The notes below the pieces were generated by a model. That model worked only from the letters and a program-made list of their open reading frames with translations, did not search any database and had not been told where the DNA came from. Below are positions 11,687 to 26,320 of a stretch of DNA of 64,000 bases, piece after piece; position 1 is the stretch's first letter, and each line of letters starts with the position of its first letter. Position numbers and translations under genes: made by a program. This DNA is from the human T2T-CHM13v2.0 reference genome, Homo sapiens, in NCBI RefSeq assembly GCF_009914755.1, contig NC_060925.1. One strand, 5' to 3'.

Positions 11687-14089
11687 AGTGGGAGGTTGAG
11701 GGCAAGTTGGAGTAACTCAGGTGTAAAGCATTGGTTTCATCTTGAAAACTAGAGGCAGGGAGGAGGAAGAGAATGAATTCAAAGGTCAGTTTTATCCCGG
11801 GTGAGGTCAGTCTCTGAACAATTGACTTAAAAGAAACCAACTTATTACCAAGATTGTCAGTTGATCAGATATTTATGGGAGGTATGCAGTTTTTAAATTC
11901 TGAGAATTTGTACTGGTCTCTATCTAGGACACATCTCTCTGGGTGCTGAGTCCTCTCACGATGTCAAATACTCAAAGTAGAAGGTTGTTTGGCGATTAGA
12001 GGATTCAAAGTAGAGGTTGTTTGGCGATTGAAAGGATATTCAAGCTAGCATTGCTGGGTGTGTCATCCTCCTTTACTTAGGAATATTTCCTTTTAAGATC
12101 TAGGTTTAGCCTTTGTGAGGCTGAGCCCCTGGCCTCTGAAGTGTGAGGACAGCTGTGTCACCTTCTCCAGAAGCGGGGTCGTGACTCACTTTTGTATGCA
12201 GTCTGTGTCACCATCGTCCTCTGTAGTGGACTCCTGAGACTGCTTTGCATCCGTCACATTTCAGGTTGATGCCCTGTGGGAGATTCCTAGCCCTTTCTGT
12301 CCAGTGCTTCCAGAATGGGCTGCTCCCCAGTAAATTTGCGTGGACAGCTAATGCCATCCATGGGATGTAGAGTCTTGCATGCTCCATCCCCCAGATGGTG
12401 ACCCTTCGCTCCCCAGGTTTCTTCTTTTGTCTTTCTTGGGATCCATCATACCCAGGGTATTTATTCCATTCAATGCTTCCTTTGTGCTTGGCATGGTTCG
12501 AGTCCCATATTTACTCCTAACTATGGCTCAGACAGATTTTACAGGAGCTGGTAGTTAAATATGATAGATTCGTAGTATGTTACCTTGGAATCAGCCATAG
12601 TTAGGGACAACTGCGGATGCAGTGAGGTTTTCTTTCAAAAATATCTTGGTGTTTCAGAGATGACACATAGGGAAAGGACAACTGGGCATGCAGAGGATGG
12701 GTACAGTTTCTGAATTCACAAATTGACATTTTGATTTGTTGACTTTGATGCAGATTCAGGATGGGTGGGTGTCTTAGAAGTTACTGTGCACGTTATGAAG
12801 AGAACTTCACTTGCCTGCCCCCACTCCCAACAGCTGCATCCTTTTAACAAGTACAGTTTCCTTAGAGACGTTTCTCTGCAATATTCTTTGATGTTCCTAC
12901 ATAGATCTGTAGCTTTTTGGGGGGGCTGGAGGGTACTCATATATTTCATCTGTTTTGGAACAGGAGACAGCCTTTGTTCCATTGTCCGAATCAAAATCAA
13001 ATTCATTTCATTTCTTAAATTTCTTGAGCTCTCATGAAGCTTCTTGCAGATATGTATACCCTAGCACTAGGGAGTAAGAATGGAGTTAAAAGTGCCCCTG
13101 TGGACAGCATTAATCAATTTACTAGGACGTAATCTAATAATCAGAAAATGCTGGCTTCAGTTTCCTGGGGACAGGAGCTCATTTTATGCATTTTGTTCTG
13201 TTTGCATAGGCTGTCTCTCCAGATATTGCAGGTTTCCATACATTGGTCCTGTCTTTATCAGATTAATGTCAGGTGGTAGCAGCTAGATTCATCTGTGGAT
13301 TTACTTGCTGCTGCTTAATGGATTGCGGCCTGTGTCTGACACTTTAGTCTGACTGCTTGGTAAGTCTTTTTTTAAACTGGTGAATTCTTGCCAGACAATT
13401 TGCCATTAGTGTTTCTTTCTCTAGACAGGGATGCATGAATTCAGGTACCCTAGCTATCATCCTCTTTGTTTAAAAGGAAGGGAGGGAGACATAGGGAAGT
13501 CAAGAGACACATTATGAGCCCTGGCAGACATAACTCAGGACTCCCAGGACTTCCTGCTACCCCTCAGCTGGGACTGCTGACCTCACTCCTCCTTGTCTTT
13601 CAGACATGCCACTGAGCACATTGGTGAACAAATGTATCATTGTGCTCCCTGAAATAAAAAGGGGGGCTGGTGCTCTGAAAGCACCTTGTCAGGCTGTAGC
13701 TAAAGTGCCTTTTAGTTCTCCTTTCTGCTAAGATCCCAACTGGAACGAGTTGGGGCTGTACCCTTCCAGCTCTTTCAGGAAGGCACGGTACAGGAAAAGG
13801 TGCCTAGCCCAGGTTGTGTGTGTGTTGTATGCACACATATGTGTTGGGACACATGGGGCTTCCACTGTCCCCTGGGAGCCTAACGGTCCTTCATGGCTTC
13901 TGGTCATCAGATGATGGACAGGTCCACATATCTGTCTTTTGCTTCCACTTTCTTACCACACATCAGTCAGTGAACATTTATCATATCTTCTAGGCACCAG
14001 GCGTATCTCATTGTTCTCCTTCACAACGTTGTTATGAGAAGATACAGATAAAAAGATTATGAAATGTTTTATTAATAACAATTGCTTTT

Positions 14090-14575
14090 TAAAAACTAAT
14101 TTCAACTTTTTTATAGATTAACAAACACATACAGGTTTGTTCCATGGGTATATTGCATGACATTGAGGCTTGGGGTCCCAATGAATTCCGTCACCCAAGC
14201 GGTAAACACAGTACCCAACAGATGGTTCTTCAGCCCACGTCTCCCTTCCACCCTCCCGCATCTAGTGGTCCCCAGTGTCTGTCGTTCCCATATGCACGTT
14301 CATGTGTATTCAGTGTTTAGCTCCCACTTATAAGCGAGAACATGTAGTATTTGGTTTTTCCATTCTTGCTTTAGTTTGCTTAGGACAATGGCCTCCAGCT
14401 ACATCCACGTTGCTGCAAACGACATGATTTCATTCTTTTTTGTGGCTTCATAGTACCACATTTTCTTTTTCCTGTCCACTGGTGATGGGCACCTAAGTTG
14501 ATTCCACGTGTTTGCTAATGTGAATAGCACTGCAGTGAACATACAGGCAGGCATTTGTGTCTTTGTGATAGAATC
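14090..14575 (-). mobile_element. L1PA16-like 3' end
   Basis: caggtttgttccatgggtatattgcatgac...tttagctcccacttataagcgagaacatg... Confidence 0.8.
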
Positions 14576-16043
14576 AAGTGCTTTGTCTTGCTGATATTAC
14601 AGTCAACTTTTCATTAAAAAACCCCAAACCAAAAACACTCCAGCTGCTGTTTTTCATGTATAAATAATCAGTATTTGTAAATCCTTTATGCATAACCATT
14701 ATGTTTTGAATATATATATTAGTCAATTGATGTTTCTCAATTTGCTCCATGTTTACTGAATACCCAGTATGCACCCAGGGCTGTGCAAGAGATTGAGGTA
14801 GAGGTAGGGGTGTGTCAGACATCTCTTTTGGACTCTGTGAGTTCTTTTCACTTTTGGACTCCATGAAAACCTCATCTCGGAGCCTTGGCCTCTCTCCTCA
14901 GAAAACTCATCAACAGGGAGTGGAATTTAGCATATTATTTCAGGGAGCCCATAGACCTATGAGAAAGTTCATGGGGATTTCTAGGTCCCTATGATAAGAG
15001 CCACTTGTCTTGATGATAAGGCAAATCATGTGAGAGCTGGATGGTAATTTTGCCATCATCTGCTGCATTTTGGGAGGTAGAGCTACTACTTTTGAGGCCC
15101 TCATAGAATGTTTTTCTTTTTAAGAATGATCTAGAAACTGAAATAGTTTCCTGTCATAATAACCGGAAGAGAGGCTGCTTGGGGTCCATGGATGGGAACT
15201 CTTCCAGTAGCCCATGAGGAATAGCAGCAAGAGCTCTGGAGAAAGTCTCTCCAGGCATTCTAGAGAGTCTTTACTTTCCTCCAGTTTGGAAATGGGGTCT
15301 GGCAGCTCAGTGTCTGACACTGGCAATATGGAACCTGATTAACCTAGAAGGATTTACTACACAGACATATTCTGCAAGCATTGAGCTCGTGTGTCTGCTT
15401 TTCCCTAAGAACTGTATATGGTGTCCTTGCTTTTAGTTTCTGTTTAGATAAAGCAGAAATCTCTTTTGGGTTTACTCCGCATTCTATAAAAGCCAAAAAA
15501 CAAAACAAAACAACAACAAATGGTAAAATATAAGCGAAGGACTCGTACTGCTGCTATTCTTTTTTTATTTAAAAATTGCCAACAGAAAGAGGGTTCAGTC
15601 AGTTTAAGAGAAGTATTAGGAACCTACTTGCATGGCTCTTTATTCTTCCCTTACTAAAAATTTATCGTAGTCTCCCTAATTCTTTATGCGGCTCTAGCTT
15701 TCTCTTGGATCCCAGAGTACTTAACAGCCAGGGCGAGGGAATCTCTCTCTTGTCTTTGTGAGGTATTGAAGGGTAGCAAAAGGTATTCTTTTCAGATGAG
15801 GGGATTTACAGAGGCACTTGGAATTGCGTAGAATCGTCCTCTGAAGACTTGAAGAGTGAAACATATTAGGGATCCTTGGCTTGTTGTAAAGGAAACGGAT
15901 GGCATGGGGGAGGCAGCAGAGATGGTAACAGTTGGTATATGGCCAAAGTGACAAGTACGAACCTATCCTGTGAATAATAGGATGTCTTTGGTGCTGCTGG
16001 TGGGAGTGTAAATTGGTACAACCTCTTAGGAAAGCAACTTGAT

Positions 16044-16135
16044 TTTATATATATGTATATGCATATGTATATGGTATATACACATGTATATGTATATGAT
16101 ATATACACATGTATGTGTATATATATGTATATATC
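16044..16135. repeat. Degenerate (TA/TG/CA)n simple repeat inside an old L1M fragment (~15960-16350)
   Basis: Alternating purine-pyrimidine run seen directly. Confidence 0.8.
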
Positions 16136-16408
16136 AAAATATACCCTTTAGCTGAATAATTCTTTAAGCTGTGAATCTATTCTAAAGAAATAGCCTAAAT
16201 ATGGTAAAATATTTTTTGCATTATATCTTTACATTCATCAATTTTATTTATAATAATGAAAAATGGAAAGACAGCTTAAGTGCTCACAATTGAGGAATTT
16301 TTATGTAAGTGGCCAAATGATAAAAATTTATGCAGTTATTAAGCTTGTTTACAAACAGGGAAACAAGGAAAGAATTGGGAACCTGGTGAAGGAAATGAGG
16401 AGAGAATT

Positions 16409-16774
16409 TGTATTAGTCCATTTTCACTCTGCTGATAAAGACATGCCTGAGACTGGGTAATTTATAAAGAAACAGAGGTTTAATGGACTCACAGTTCCAT
16501 GTGGCTGGGAAGGCCTCACAATCATGGCAGAAGACGAAAGTCATGTCTTATGTGGCGACAGGCAAGAGAGAAAATGAGAGCCAAGTGAAAGGGGGAACCC
16601 CTTATAAAAGCATCAGATCTCGTGACACTTATTTACTACCATGAGAACAGTATGGGGGAACCGCCCCCCCCATGATTCGATTATCTCCCACTGGGTCCCT
16701 CTCACAACACTTGGGAATTACAGGAGCTACAATTCAAGATGAGATTTGGGTGGAGACACAGCCAAACCATATCA
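16409..16774 (-). mobile_element. THE1B/C MaLR solo LTR with 5-bp TSD GAATT
   Basis: tgtattagtcc...ccaaaccatatca, flanked by gaatt at 16404-08 and 16775-79. Confidence 0.92.
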
Positions 16775-17135
16775 GAATTCTTTTAGATTTTTTCCCTCAT
16801 ACCTTTTAACATATCCTTCTCCACATTCTGTTGCCACTCAGATATTTACAAAAGTGTAGATGCCTCTGCTCCCTAAACCCAGTGTTCATCTCTTTTGGAT
16901 ATGGGTTCTGAAAAGACCTCTGGCACTGTAATTTCCTGTTCACCTACATCTCTGATGAGCAGAATTTCTCATGAGGAACTCAGCTGGGTGATCACTGCAA
17001 AGTCCTGTCGAGGCCTATAGAGAGATGCCTTTCTGCTAAAGAACTTGGCACACTAGGATTTTTTTTTTTTTTTTTTTTTCATTTGAAAAACTGCATTTGA
17101 GAGGGGTAAACCGATCACTTCAGACTTGGAGAGAA

Positions 17136-17394
17136 TTTTTTTTTTGTTTTTTGTTTTTTTTTTGGAGACAAAATCTCGCTCTGTCGCCCAGGATCAAGTG
17201 TAGTGGCACGATCTTGGTTCAGCCTCCCAAGTAGCTGGAATTACAGGTGCATGCCACCACACCCGGCTAATTTCTGTATTTTTAGTGGAGACGGGGTTTG
17301 GCCAGGCTGGTCTCGAACTCCTGACCTCAAGTGATCCGCCCATCTCAGCCTCTCAAAGTGCTGGGGTTACAGGTGTGAGTCACCGTGCCCGGCC
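17136..17394 (-). mobile_element. AluS with ~45-bp internal deletion
   Basis: Poly-T then Alu body; gatcttggtt joins directly to cagcctccc; TSD ttggagag(a/g)at. Confidence 0.88.
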
Positions 17395-18470
17395 TTGGAG
17401 AGGATGTTTAATTCAACCTTCTCATTGTGCAAACCAGGAAACTGAGGCCAAGTGAATGTCTCCAAATGTCACAGCTGGTAGTGACAGATATGGCATCTCC
17501 ATTTCCAGAGGAAGACGGTGGAGGACACTAGTTTTGCCCTTTACAGCTGTGTGACTTTGGGCATATCATCTCCTGAGAGTCTCAGGAAGTGGTAAACTGA
17601 GGAGACTGTGTAAGTGCTTAGCACCATGTCTGCCATATATGAAGTGCTCAGTAAATGTTAACTATTATAAACAATAACAACAAAAATAACAGTGAAAGTT
17701 AGCAATCATTACTTTTTATTGTTTTTACTTTAGAAAAAGGACTCCGGCTTCTCTAATTATCTGGATTGTCTCAGGAAGTAGAACCCTCACCTCTTTGGGG
17801 ATATGGGATAATTGTTCAGATCATGTTCCCGCACAGAGTACATAAAGCAATAATTGAATGTTCGCAGTTGGGGCGCAATAACCCATTTCTAAATACTGTA
17901 GTTAAGGTCCTTTGAAACAAGCATATTACAATGCAGGTCAACCTCTATTTTCACAACCTAGTATTTAAAAGCTGGAATCTATCAACAGATAAATTAGGAT
18001 GATTACTGTAATTGCAAATGAGCTCTTGTTACAAGACAATTAATTTCAAGGAATATTTAAGTAGAGAAGCTCCCATTGATTATTATAAGATTATTCACTG
18101 ACACTTTTTCTCTAGATAATAATTAGCAAATGTAAATGATATAAAGCAAGACACGTGATCTGTTGTTGAGGGAAACTTGGCTTCTAATGATAAGTGTCCA
18201 GAACAGTGCTTTCAGATATCATCAGTGTTAAAAAACCCCAGTGCCAAAAAGTGAAATAAACTCTTTGGTGGGCATGTAACAAAATAACTTCAATTTTTAT
18301 TTCACACAGGATGACTAAATCTGAAATTGAATTATAGGGAAGAGTAGACAACCCTCCAGAAGCCAACCAAGGTCACATTGTGCTACGCATGTAGTAGGTC
18401 TTTGGGAGATATATCATAAGAACTTTTTATTATGAAAAAATTAAAAAATATATGAAAGTAGAGAGAATGA

Positions 18471-18781
<311 letters not shown>

Positions 18782-19194
18782 CCCAATTTTTAATTACAAC
18801 TGACGTTACAGGATTTAAACTTCTTTAATTTTATACTTGTATATTTTTCTTTTTATTCAAAATCTTGGTTCCTAATATTATGTAAATGTAATTATTTGTT
18901 TTATTTGTTTTATCAACAGTATATATAGAATAGTTTTAAAAATGCCAATATTTCTGCAATAATACTGCAGTTCTCTTTGTGCTTAGAATCTATTCGACGA
19001 GTATTTATTGTTAAAAATACTGTGCTCTGAAGATCTTTGAAATATTGACTTTCTCCAGTGCTTATGCCACCAATTTGAGATAATAGTAGATTCATTTGTT
19101 TTCAGTTTGTTTCCAAGCTTTACTGATTTTTAAACATTTTTTATTTTTTGAATATCTAAAACACTTGATTCCAAATTCAAAGCTACTAACATAG

Positions 19195-19488
<294 letters not shown>

Positions 19489-20511
19489 TAAACAAACTTT
19501 AAAATTAGTTTTTGGATAATATTTTCAGTGTTTGTCTTTTGCATATGTAAAAATATATATTTCCTTCTCCTTCCTAAATCTAATAAAAGGGAGCATATTA
19601 TATTTACTATTCTGTGTATTTGAAATTTTTAAATTTCTTATTTTGAAATCGTTTCAAACACAGAGGAAAATTACAAAAATAGGATGAAGGACTCCAATTT
19701 ACCCTTCACCCCGCTTTCCCCAGTCACCCTCTCTCATATTCATTGATCCCTTCATCTATCTATATACACACACACATTGTTTTTTTCTTGAACCATTTAA
19801 GAGTAAGTTACAGACAAGATGTTCCTTCTTCTATAAGTCCTTCAGAGTGGATTTCCTAAAAACAAGAATATTTTCTTATATAATCATAGTACAGTTGTCA
19901 AATTAAAAAAATAATATTGAGGCAATACCATTATCTTCTCTACAGACTTTATTTAAATTTTACCATTAATATTCTATATAACAAAAAATAATTTTTGTTC
20001 TTGTCCAGGATCCAATCCAGGCTAGTGTAATACATCTAGTTGTTATATCTCTTTAGTCTTCTTTAATGTGTAGTAGTTTCATTTTTCTTTGTCTTTCATA
20101 ACCTTATTTTTAAATTTCAGTAGCTTTAGGGGTACAAGTGGTTTCTCGTTACATGGATGCATTGTATAGCGGTGAAGTCTGGGATTTTAGTGTACATATC
20201 ACTCGAGTAGTGTACATCGTACTCACTAGGTAGTTTTTCATCTCTCACCCCCGTCTTGCCCTCTGCCCTTCTGACTCTCCCATGTCTGTTAGACCACTCT
20301 GAATGCCTTTGCGTACCCAGGGCTTAGCTCTGACTTGTAATGAGGACATGTGGTATTTGTTTTTCAATTCCTAAATTACTTCAGTTAGAATAATGGCCTC
20401 CAGCTCCTTCCAGGTTGCTGCAAAAGACATTATTTCATTCATTTTTGTGGCTGAGTAGTATTCCATGGTGTGTGTGTGTGTGTGTGTACACACACACACA
20501 CCGTATTTTCT

Positions 20512-20836
<325 letters not shown>

Positions 20837-21107
20837 TGATGGGCACTTAGGTTGATTCCTTGTCTTTGCAATTGTGAATTGTGCTGCAGTAAATAGATGT
20901 ATGCAGGTATCTTTTTGATGTGGTGACTTATTTTTCTTCTGTAGATACCCAGTAGTGGGATTGGTGGATTGAGTGGTAGATCTACTTTTAGTTCTTTGAG
21001 AAATCTCCATACTGTTTTCCATAGAGGTTGTACTAATTTACATTCCCACCAGCAGTGAGTAAGTGTTCCCTTTACACCACATCCATGCCAACATCTATTG
21101 TTTCTGA

Positions 21108-21413
<306 letters not shown>

Positions 21414-22499
21414 TGAATTAATTTTTATATATGGTGAGAGATAGATATCTAGTTTCATTCTTCTCTACTTGTGGCTGTCCAGTTTTCTCAGCATCATTTG
21501 TTGAATAGGTGTCCTTTCCCCGAGGTATGTTTTTGTATGTTTTGTTGAAACTTGGTTGGTTGTAAGTATTTGGCTTTATTTCTGGGTTCTTTATTCTGTT
21601 CCATTGATGTGTGTATCTGCTTTTACTAGTACCATGCTGTTTTGGTTACTATAGCCTTGTAGTATAATTTGATGTCCAATAATGTGATTCCTCCAGATTT
21701 GTTCTTTTTGCTTAGGATTGCTTTGGTTATTTGGGCTCTTTTTTGGTTCCATATGAATTTTAGGATTGTTTTTTCTAATTCTGTGAAAAACTATATTGAT
21801 ATTTTGGTAGGAATTACATCGAATCTGTAGATTGTTTTGGGTAGTATGGTCATTTTCATGATATTGATTTTTTCCAATCCATGAGCAGGGAATGTATTGC
21901 CATTTGTTTGTGTCATCTATGATTTTTTTCAGCAGCATTTGGTAGTTCTCCTTGTAGACATCTTTCACCTCCTTGGTTAAATATATTTCTAGATATTTAT
22001 TTTATTTTATTTTTGCATTTATTGTAAAAGGAATTGAGTTCTTGATTTGATTCTCAGCTTGGCAGTTGTTGGTGTATAGCAGTGCTATTGATTTATGTAC
22101 ATGGATTTTTAACCTGAGACTTTACTGAATTCATTTATCAGAGCTAGGAGTCTTTTGGAGGAGGCTTGAGGCTTTTCTAGGTATAAGATCATATCATTGG
22201 CAAACAATGTAGTTTAACTTCTTCTTTTCCAATTTGGGTGCCCTTTATTTCTTTCTCTTGCCTGATTGCTCTGGCTGGGACTTCAGGCCTCCTTATATTT
22301 TGACCAGTTATTTTGTAGAATGCCCATTATTTGGTGTTTGCCTGATATTTTCTCATGTTTAGATTCAGGGTTAGCATTTGGGACAGGGAAGTCACAGAAA
22401 TGATGCCATATCCTTCCTAATGCATCATATCAGGAGACACAAAATATTGGTTTGTTCCATTTTTGATGATGTTAACCTTCACAGTTTGGTTAAGGTATG

Positions 22500-24330
22500 C
22501 TTTTTTTTTTTTCTCTCTGTAATTTTTTTTCACTTAACAACACTTAATTTCCACATCCTGGAAATCATCCATGCAAGTATATGGAATGCTTTCTGACTCT
22601 GTTTTAAAGCCATATAGTTTATCCTGATGAATGTGGTTTATTCAACTTGTTTTCAATAGATTGATATTTGGACCATTTCCAGCCTTTTGCTTTTACAAAT
22701 ACTGTCACAATATCCATATGTGTACACATATGTATAACCATGTGCATAAATAATTTAATAATTTTCTAGTTTGTTTTCAGTGTAGATTCCTGGAAGTGGG
22801 ATTCCTGGGTCAAAGGTAAATGCATATGCAACTTTGCTATGTATTGCCAAACTTCTCTCCATAAAGAATATACAATCTTACATTCTGTAGCAATGATTGT
22901 TTCTCTATACCATGGCCAACAGAATGTATTGTCAAACTTGGATTTTTACTTATCTGATAGGTGAGAAATAGTATCCCTGTAGAGTTTTAATTGTACTTCT
23001 TTTGTTATGAGTAAGATTGAGCATCTTTTCATTTAAGGGCCATTGGCATTTGTTTTTCAGTAAATCATCTGCTTATATCTTTTGCCATATTTTTTTTTAA
23101 ATCAGGGTTTTGGTCTTCTCAAAATTTAGGAGCTTGTTGTATATTAGGAATACAAGCCCTTTGTGATATGTTGTAAGCTTTTTTTCTACTTTGTCATTTG
23201 TCTTTTGATCTTACTTATGGTATTTCTCTACCCCAACCACATATAACTTTTTGTTTGAAAACTTTTTAAGTTGAAAGTATAGTGCAATGACCTCGTATTC
23301 TCCATCTGGGTTTACAAAGTTTTAATAAATTTGCCATATTTGTGTTATAGTTCTTTATACACATAAACACCGTTTTACTATTCCATCTGAAAATAAATTG
23401 TAGGGATTATTCATACTTCATCACTAAATACTTAAGATAAACATCCTAAATGTATTAGTTCGTTCTTGCATTGCCATAAAGAAATAACCTGAGACTGGGT
23501 ACTTTATAAAAAAAAAAAAAAAGGTTTAATTGGCTCACAGTTCTGCAAACTGTATAGGAAGATTGATGTTGGCATCTTCTCTGCTTCTGGAGAGGCCTCA
23601 GGAAACTTAAAATTGTGGAAGAACGTGAAGGGGGAGCAGGCACTTCACAAGGCTGGATCAGAAGCAATAGAGAGACGAAGGTGCCACACACTTTTAAATG
23701 ACCAGATCTCATGAGAACTCACTATCGCAAGGACAGTACCAAATGGAATGGTGCAAACCATTCATGAGAAACCCATTCCCATGATCCAGTCACCTGTCAC
23801 CAGGCCCCACCTCCAACACTGGGGATTACAATTCGACATGAGATTTCGTGGGGACATAGATCCAAACCATATCACTAAGAATAAGAACAAACCTCTGCAT
23901 ATAACTACAAACATTTTTACACCAAAAAAATGATGATTTGCTTATGTTTTTTTGTGTTTTGCTATGCTTTTACATAGTTTACATAGTTTGTATGCTTTTA
24001 TATAATTACATTTATTAATCTCTTATGTTAATGCTTCTGGATTTTGAAGTATAGCAAGATTTTGGTCAATTGCAGGGTATTAAGGAAATCATCCATGTTT
24101 TCTTTTAGTACTTGGATTTTTTTTTTAAATGTAATTCATATCTTTCATTCATTTGATATTTATCCTAATATGCAGCATAAGGTAAAAAATCTAATTTTAT
24201 ATTTTCTAAATGGCAACCTGATTGTCCCAACATTGTTTATTAATAAGTTAAATTTTTTTCTCCACTAAATGAAAATACACGTTTACCATACACTACATTT
24301 CTGTATGCACTTGGGTTTTTAAAAATACTT
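22500..24330 (-). mobile_element. Old L1M (L1ME-like) fragments
   Basis: T-rich degenerate L1 motifs (gattcctggaagtgggattcctgggtcaaagg; gattgagcatcttttcat). Confidence 0.55.
23451..23874 (-). mobile_element. MSTB-like MaLR solo LTR
   Basis: tgtattagttcgttcttgcattgcc...ccaaaccatatca; near-TSD ctaaa/ctaag. Confidence 0.88.
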
Positions 24331-26059
24331 TCTATTGTGTTGCATTTTCTATTTTTGGGGGTATATTAATTCAGTTGAATTGTTATTTCAATTCACTCAA
24401 CAATCTCTATTCTCCTATAGTTCAATTCTAATCACAAAGTATTCATTTCTTATACATATATACACAAATTTATCATGCCAGAATGAAATAAATATTCAAT
24501 GTTATATTAAATATTGATAATTTTCTTCATCATTATTCAACACACCTTAACAAAAACTCCTCAAAAAAATTTGTATTCCAAACCTAAGTGTATTTGTAAT
24601 CTTCTTTATTTAATAGAGGATAGATTTTCCTATTTTTTTATTATCCATTTTCTCTTCTCTTTTTATTCACAAGGTATGTAGTTAAGTGTCTGCTATTTGC
24701 AAGGTAATTTGTTAGCCTATGAATTCTACAAACAGGGAAAAAAAAATCTGTTTCACATCCCACCCCCTGCTTTCTTTTGTTACTTGAAGAAATCAGTTTA
24801 AAATGAGGATTTTTCTGGACCACTGGGGATCAGTTGCTGTCCTGTGAGGCCAGCCTGGGACTTCCCTGTTAGCCGTTTAGCTTAGTGGCTGTTGAGTCAC
24901 TTAAGGGTGGATTCCAATGGAACCATTGATTCTTTTCCCCAGTTTTAGGAGATTCTCATTAGGCGCTGATAACCCCTAGGTTTATTTCACCTTTATTCTG
25001 CAGACAGGGATTTGAAGTAATACATTGTTGTATGCTAAATGCATCAGTTTTTTTTTAATGTTCTTGTCATTTCATGCCAAAGTGTTTTGGGTCCCCAGCT
25101 AAGCTCCGCCTCCTTGGTACCTGTGTTTTCTGTGTGTTCGTTCCTCTTTATGACTCACTTAAGCCTTCATCTGACCGTTCTAGCCCTCTGTGATCTGTCT
25201 TTCCTCAGGATTCTCTGTCCCCTCAATTGGCCTGAGGTCGCACATGCCTTGTGTTATTGTATAACTGGTTTCTTTAGGTGTCCTCCCCATAATTGTATAA
25301 GTAGGCTGGTCTCTCTGCCATCCAGCCTCATTTTTTAAACCCTGATTGTTGCCCACTAGCCCACAGCATCTACTCCCTATTCTGCTCAGACCAGTCCTGT
25401 CCCTGCCCTGCGTCACACAATGTGTTTTCCTACCTCTCACGTTTTCCCTGCCTAAATATCCTTTGCTTCTATAGATCTATTTGTCCTAATGGGCTCAGCT
25501 CAAATCTGCATCCTCTGAAGCTGTCCCTGATCTCTGTTTCATTAGCAAATCGTACAGTCCCTTTAGAACCCTTAATACATTGACACTGGTCTTCATGAGA
25601 ATGTGAGCTCCTTGAGTTATTGATTCTGTTTTATTAAACTGCTCTATCTCTTGGTAAGCCTGGTGTTGGGTCCACAGCAGACGCTTAACTATGTATTGAA
25701 AAAACTGAATCAATCTTCCTAGCCACCAGGGCACTGCTGACCCATCGCCAGCCCCTCGAGGACATGCCGTCTCCCTCTTTTTGGCCTAGGCAGTGTTTGC
25801 AGAGCTTATGACACAGCTAAATGCAATATCATGCCTGTATTATCTGTGATTGATTTATGCATATTAACTTTTCCCATCTAAATTGTAAGTCCCTTGAGGA
25901 TAGAGACCTCTAACTCCCACAGTAATGAATATGCTTAATTAATTACTTGGGTTTAATTTATACTTGTTGGTTGAGTGTCGAATATAAACCTTTCACTAAG
26001 GGAGATGCTGTGCTAGACTTTCTATCTTTCTTAGTACCAATTTAGTGCTGCAATGTAGA

Positions 26060-26320
26060 AATAGCAACTGCTACCATACATTGAGCTTCTGTTCAATGTA
26101 TGGCATTACAGACATTGTATATATGTACAGGTGGAGTTACGGCTATTTCTGATAATGGCTATAATAACAATAGCCCTATAAGGAAGATTGCATCTTCTTC
26201 ATTTTGCAGATGAGAAAACAAAGGCACAGAGAGGGTAAGTAACTAAGTTAAGATCTCTCAGCCTGTAAGTGGCAGAACTAGGATTTGAATTCAGGTCTTT
26301 CCGACATTAGAGACCACAAT
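26060..26320 (+). mobile_element. MIR
   Basis: cattttgcagatgagaaaacaaaggcacagagagggtaagtaact...ggatttgaattcagg. Confidence 0.7.

Noticed and set aside
24330-24720. Very AT-rich stretch as a possible foreign or mitochondrial insertion
   Set aside because: No recognisable mitochondrial gene or ORF; adjacent to decayed L1M and most likely old repeat sequence.
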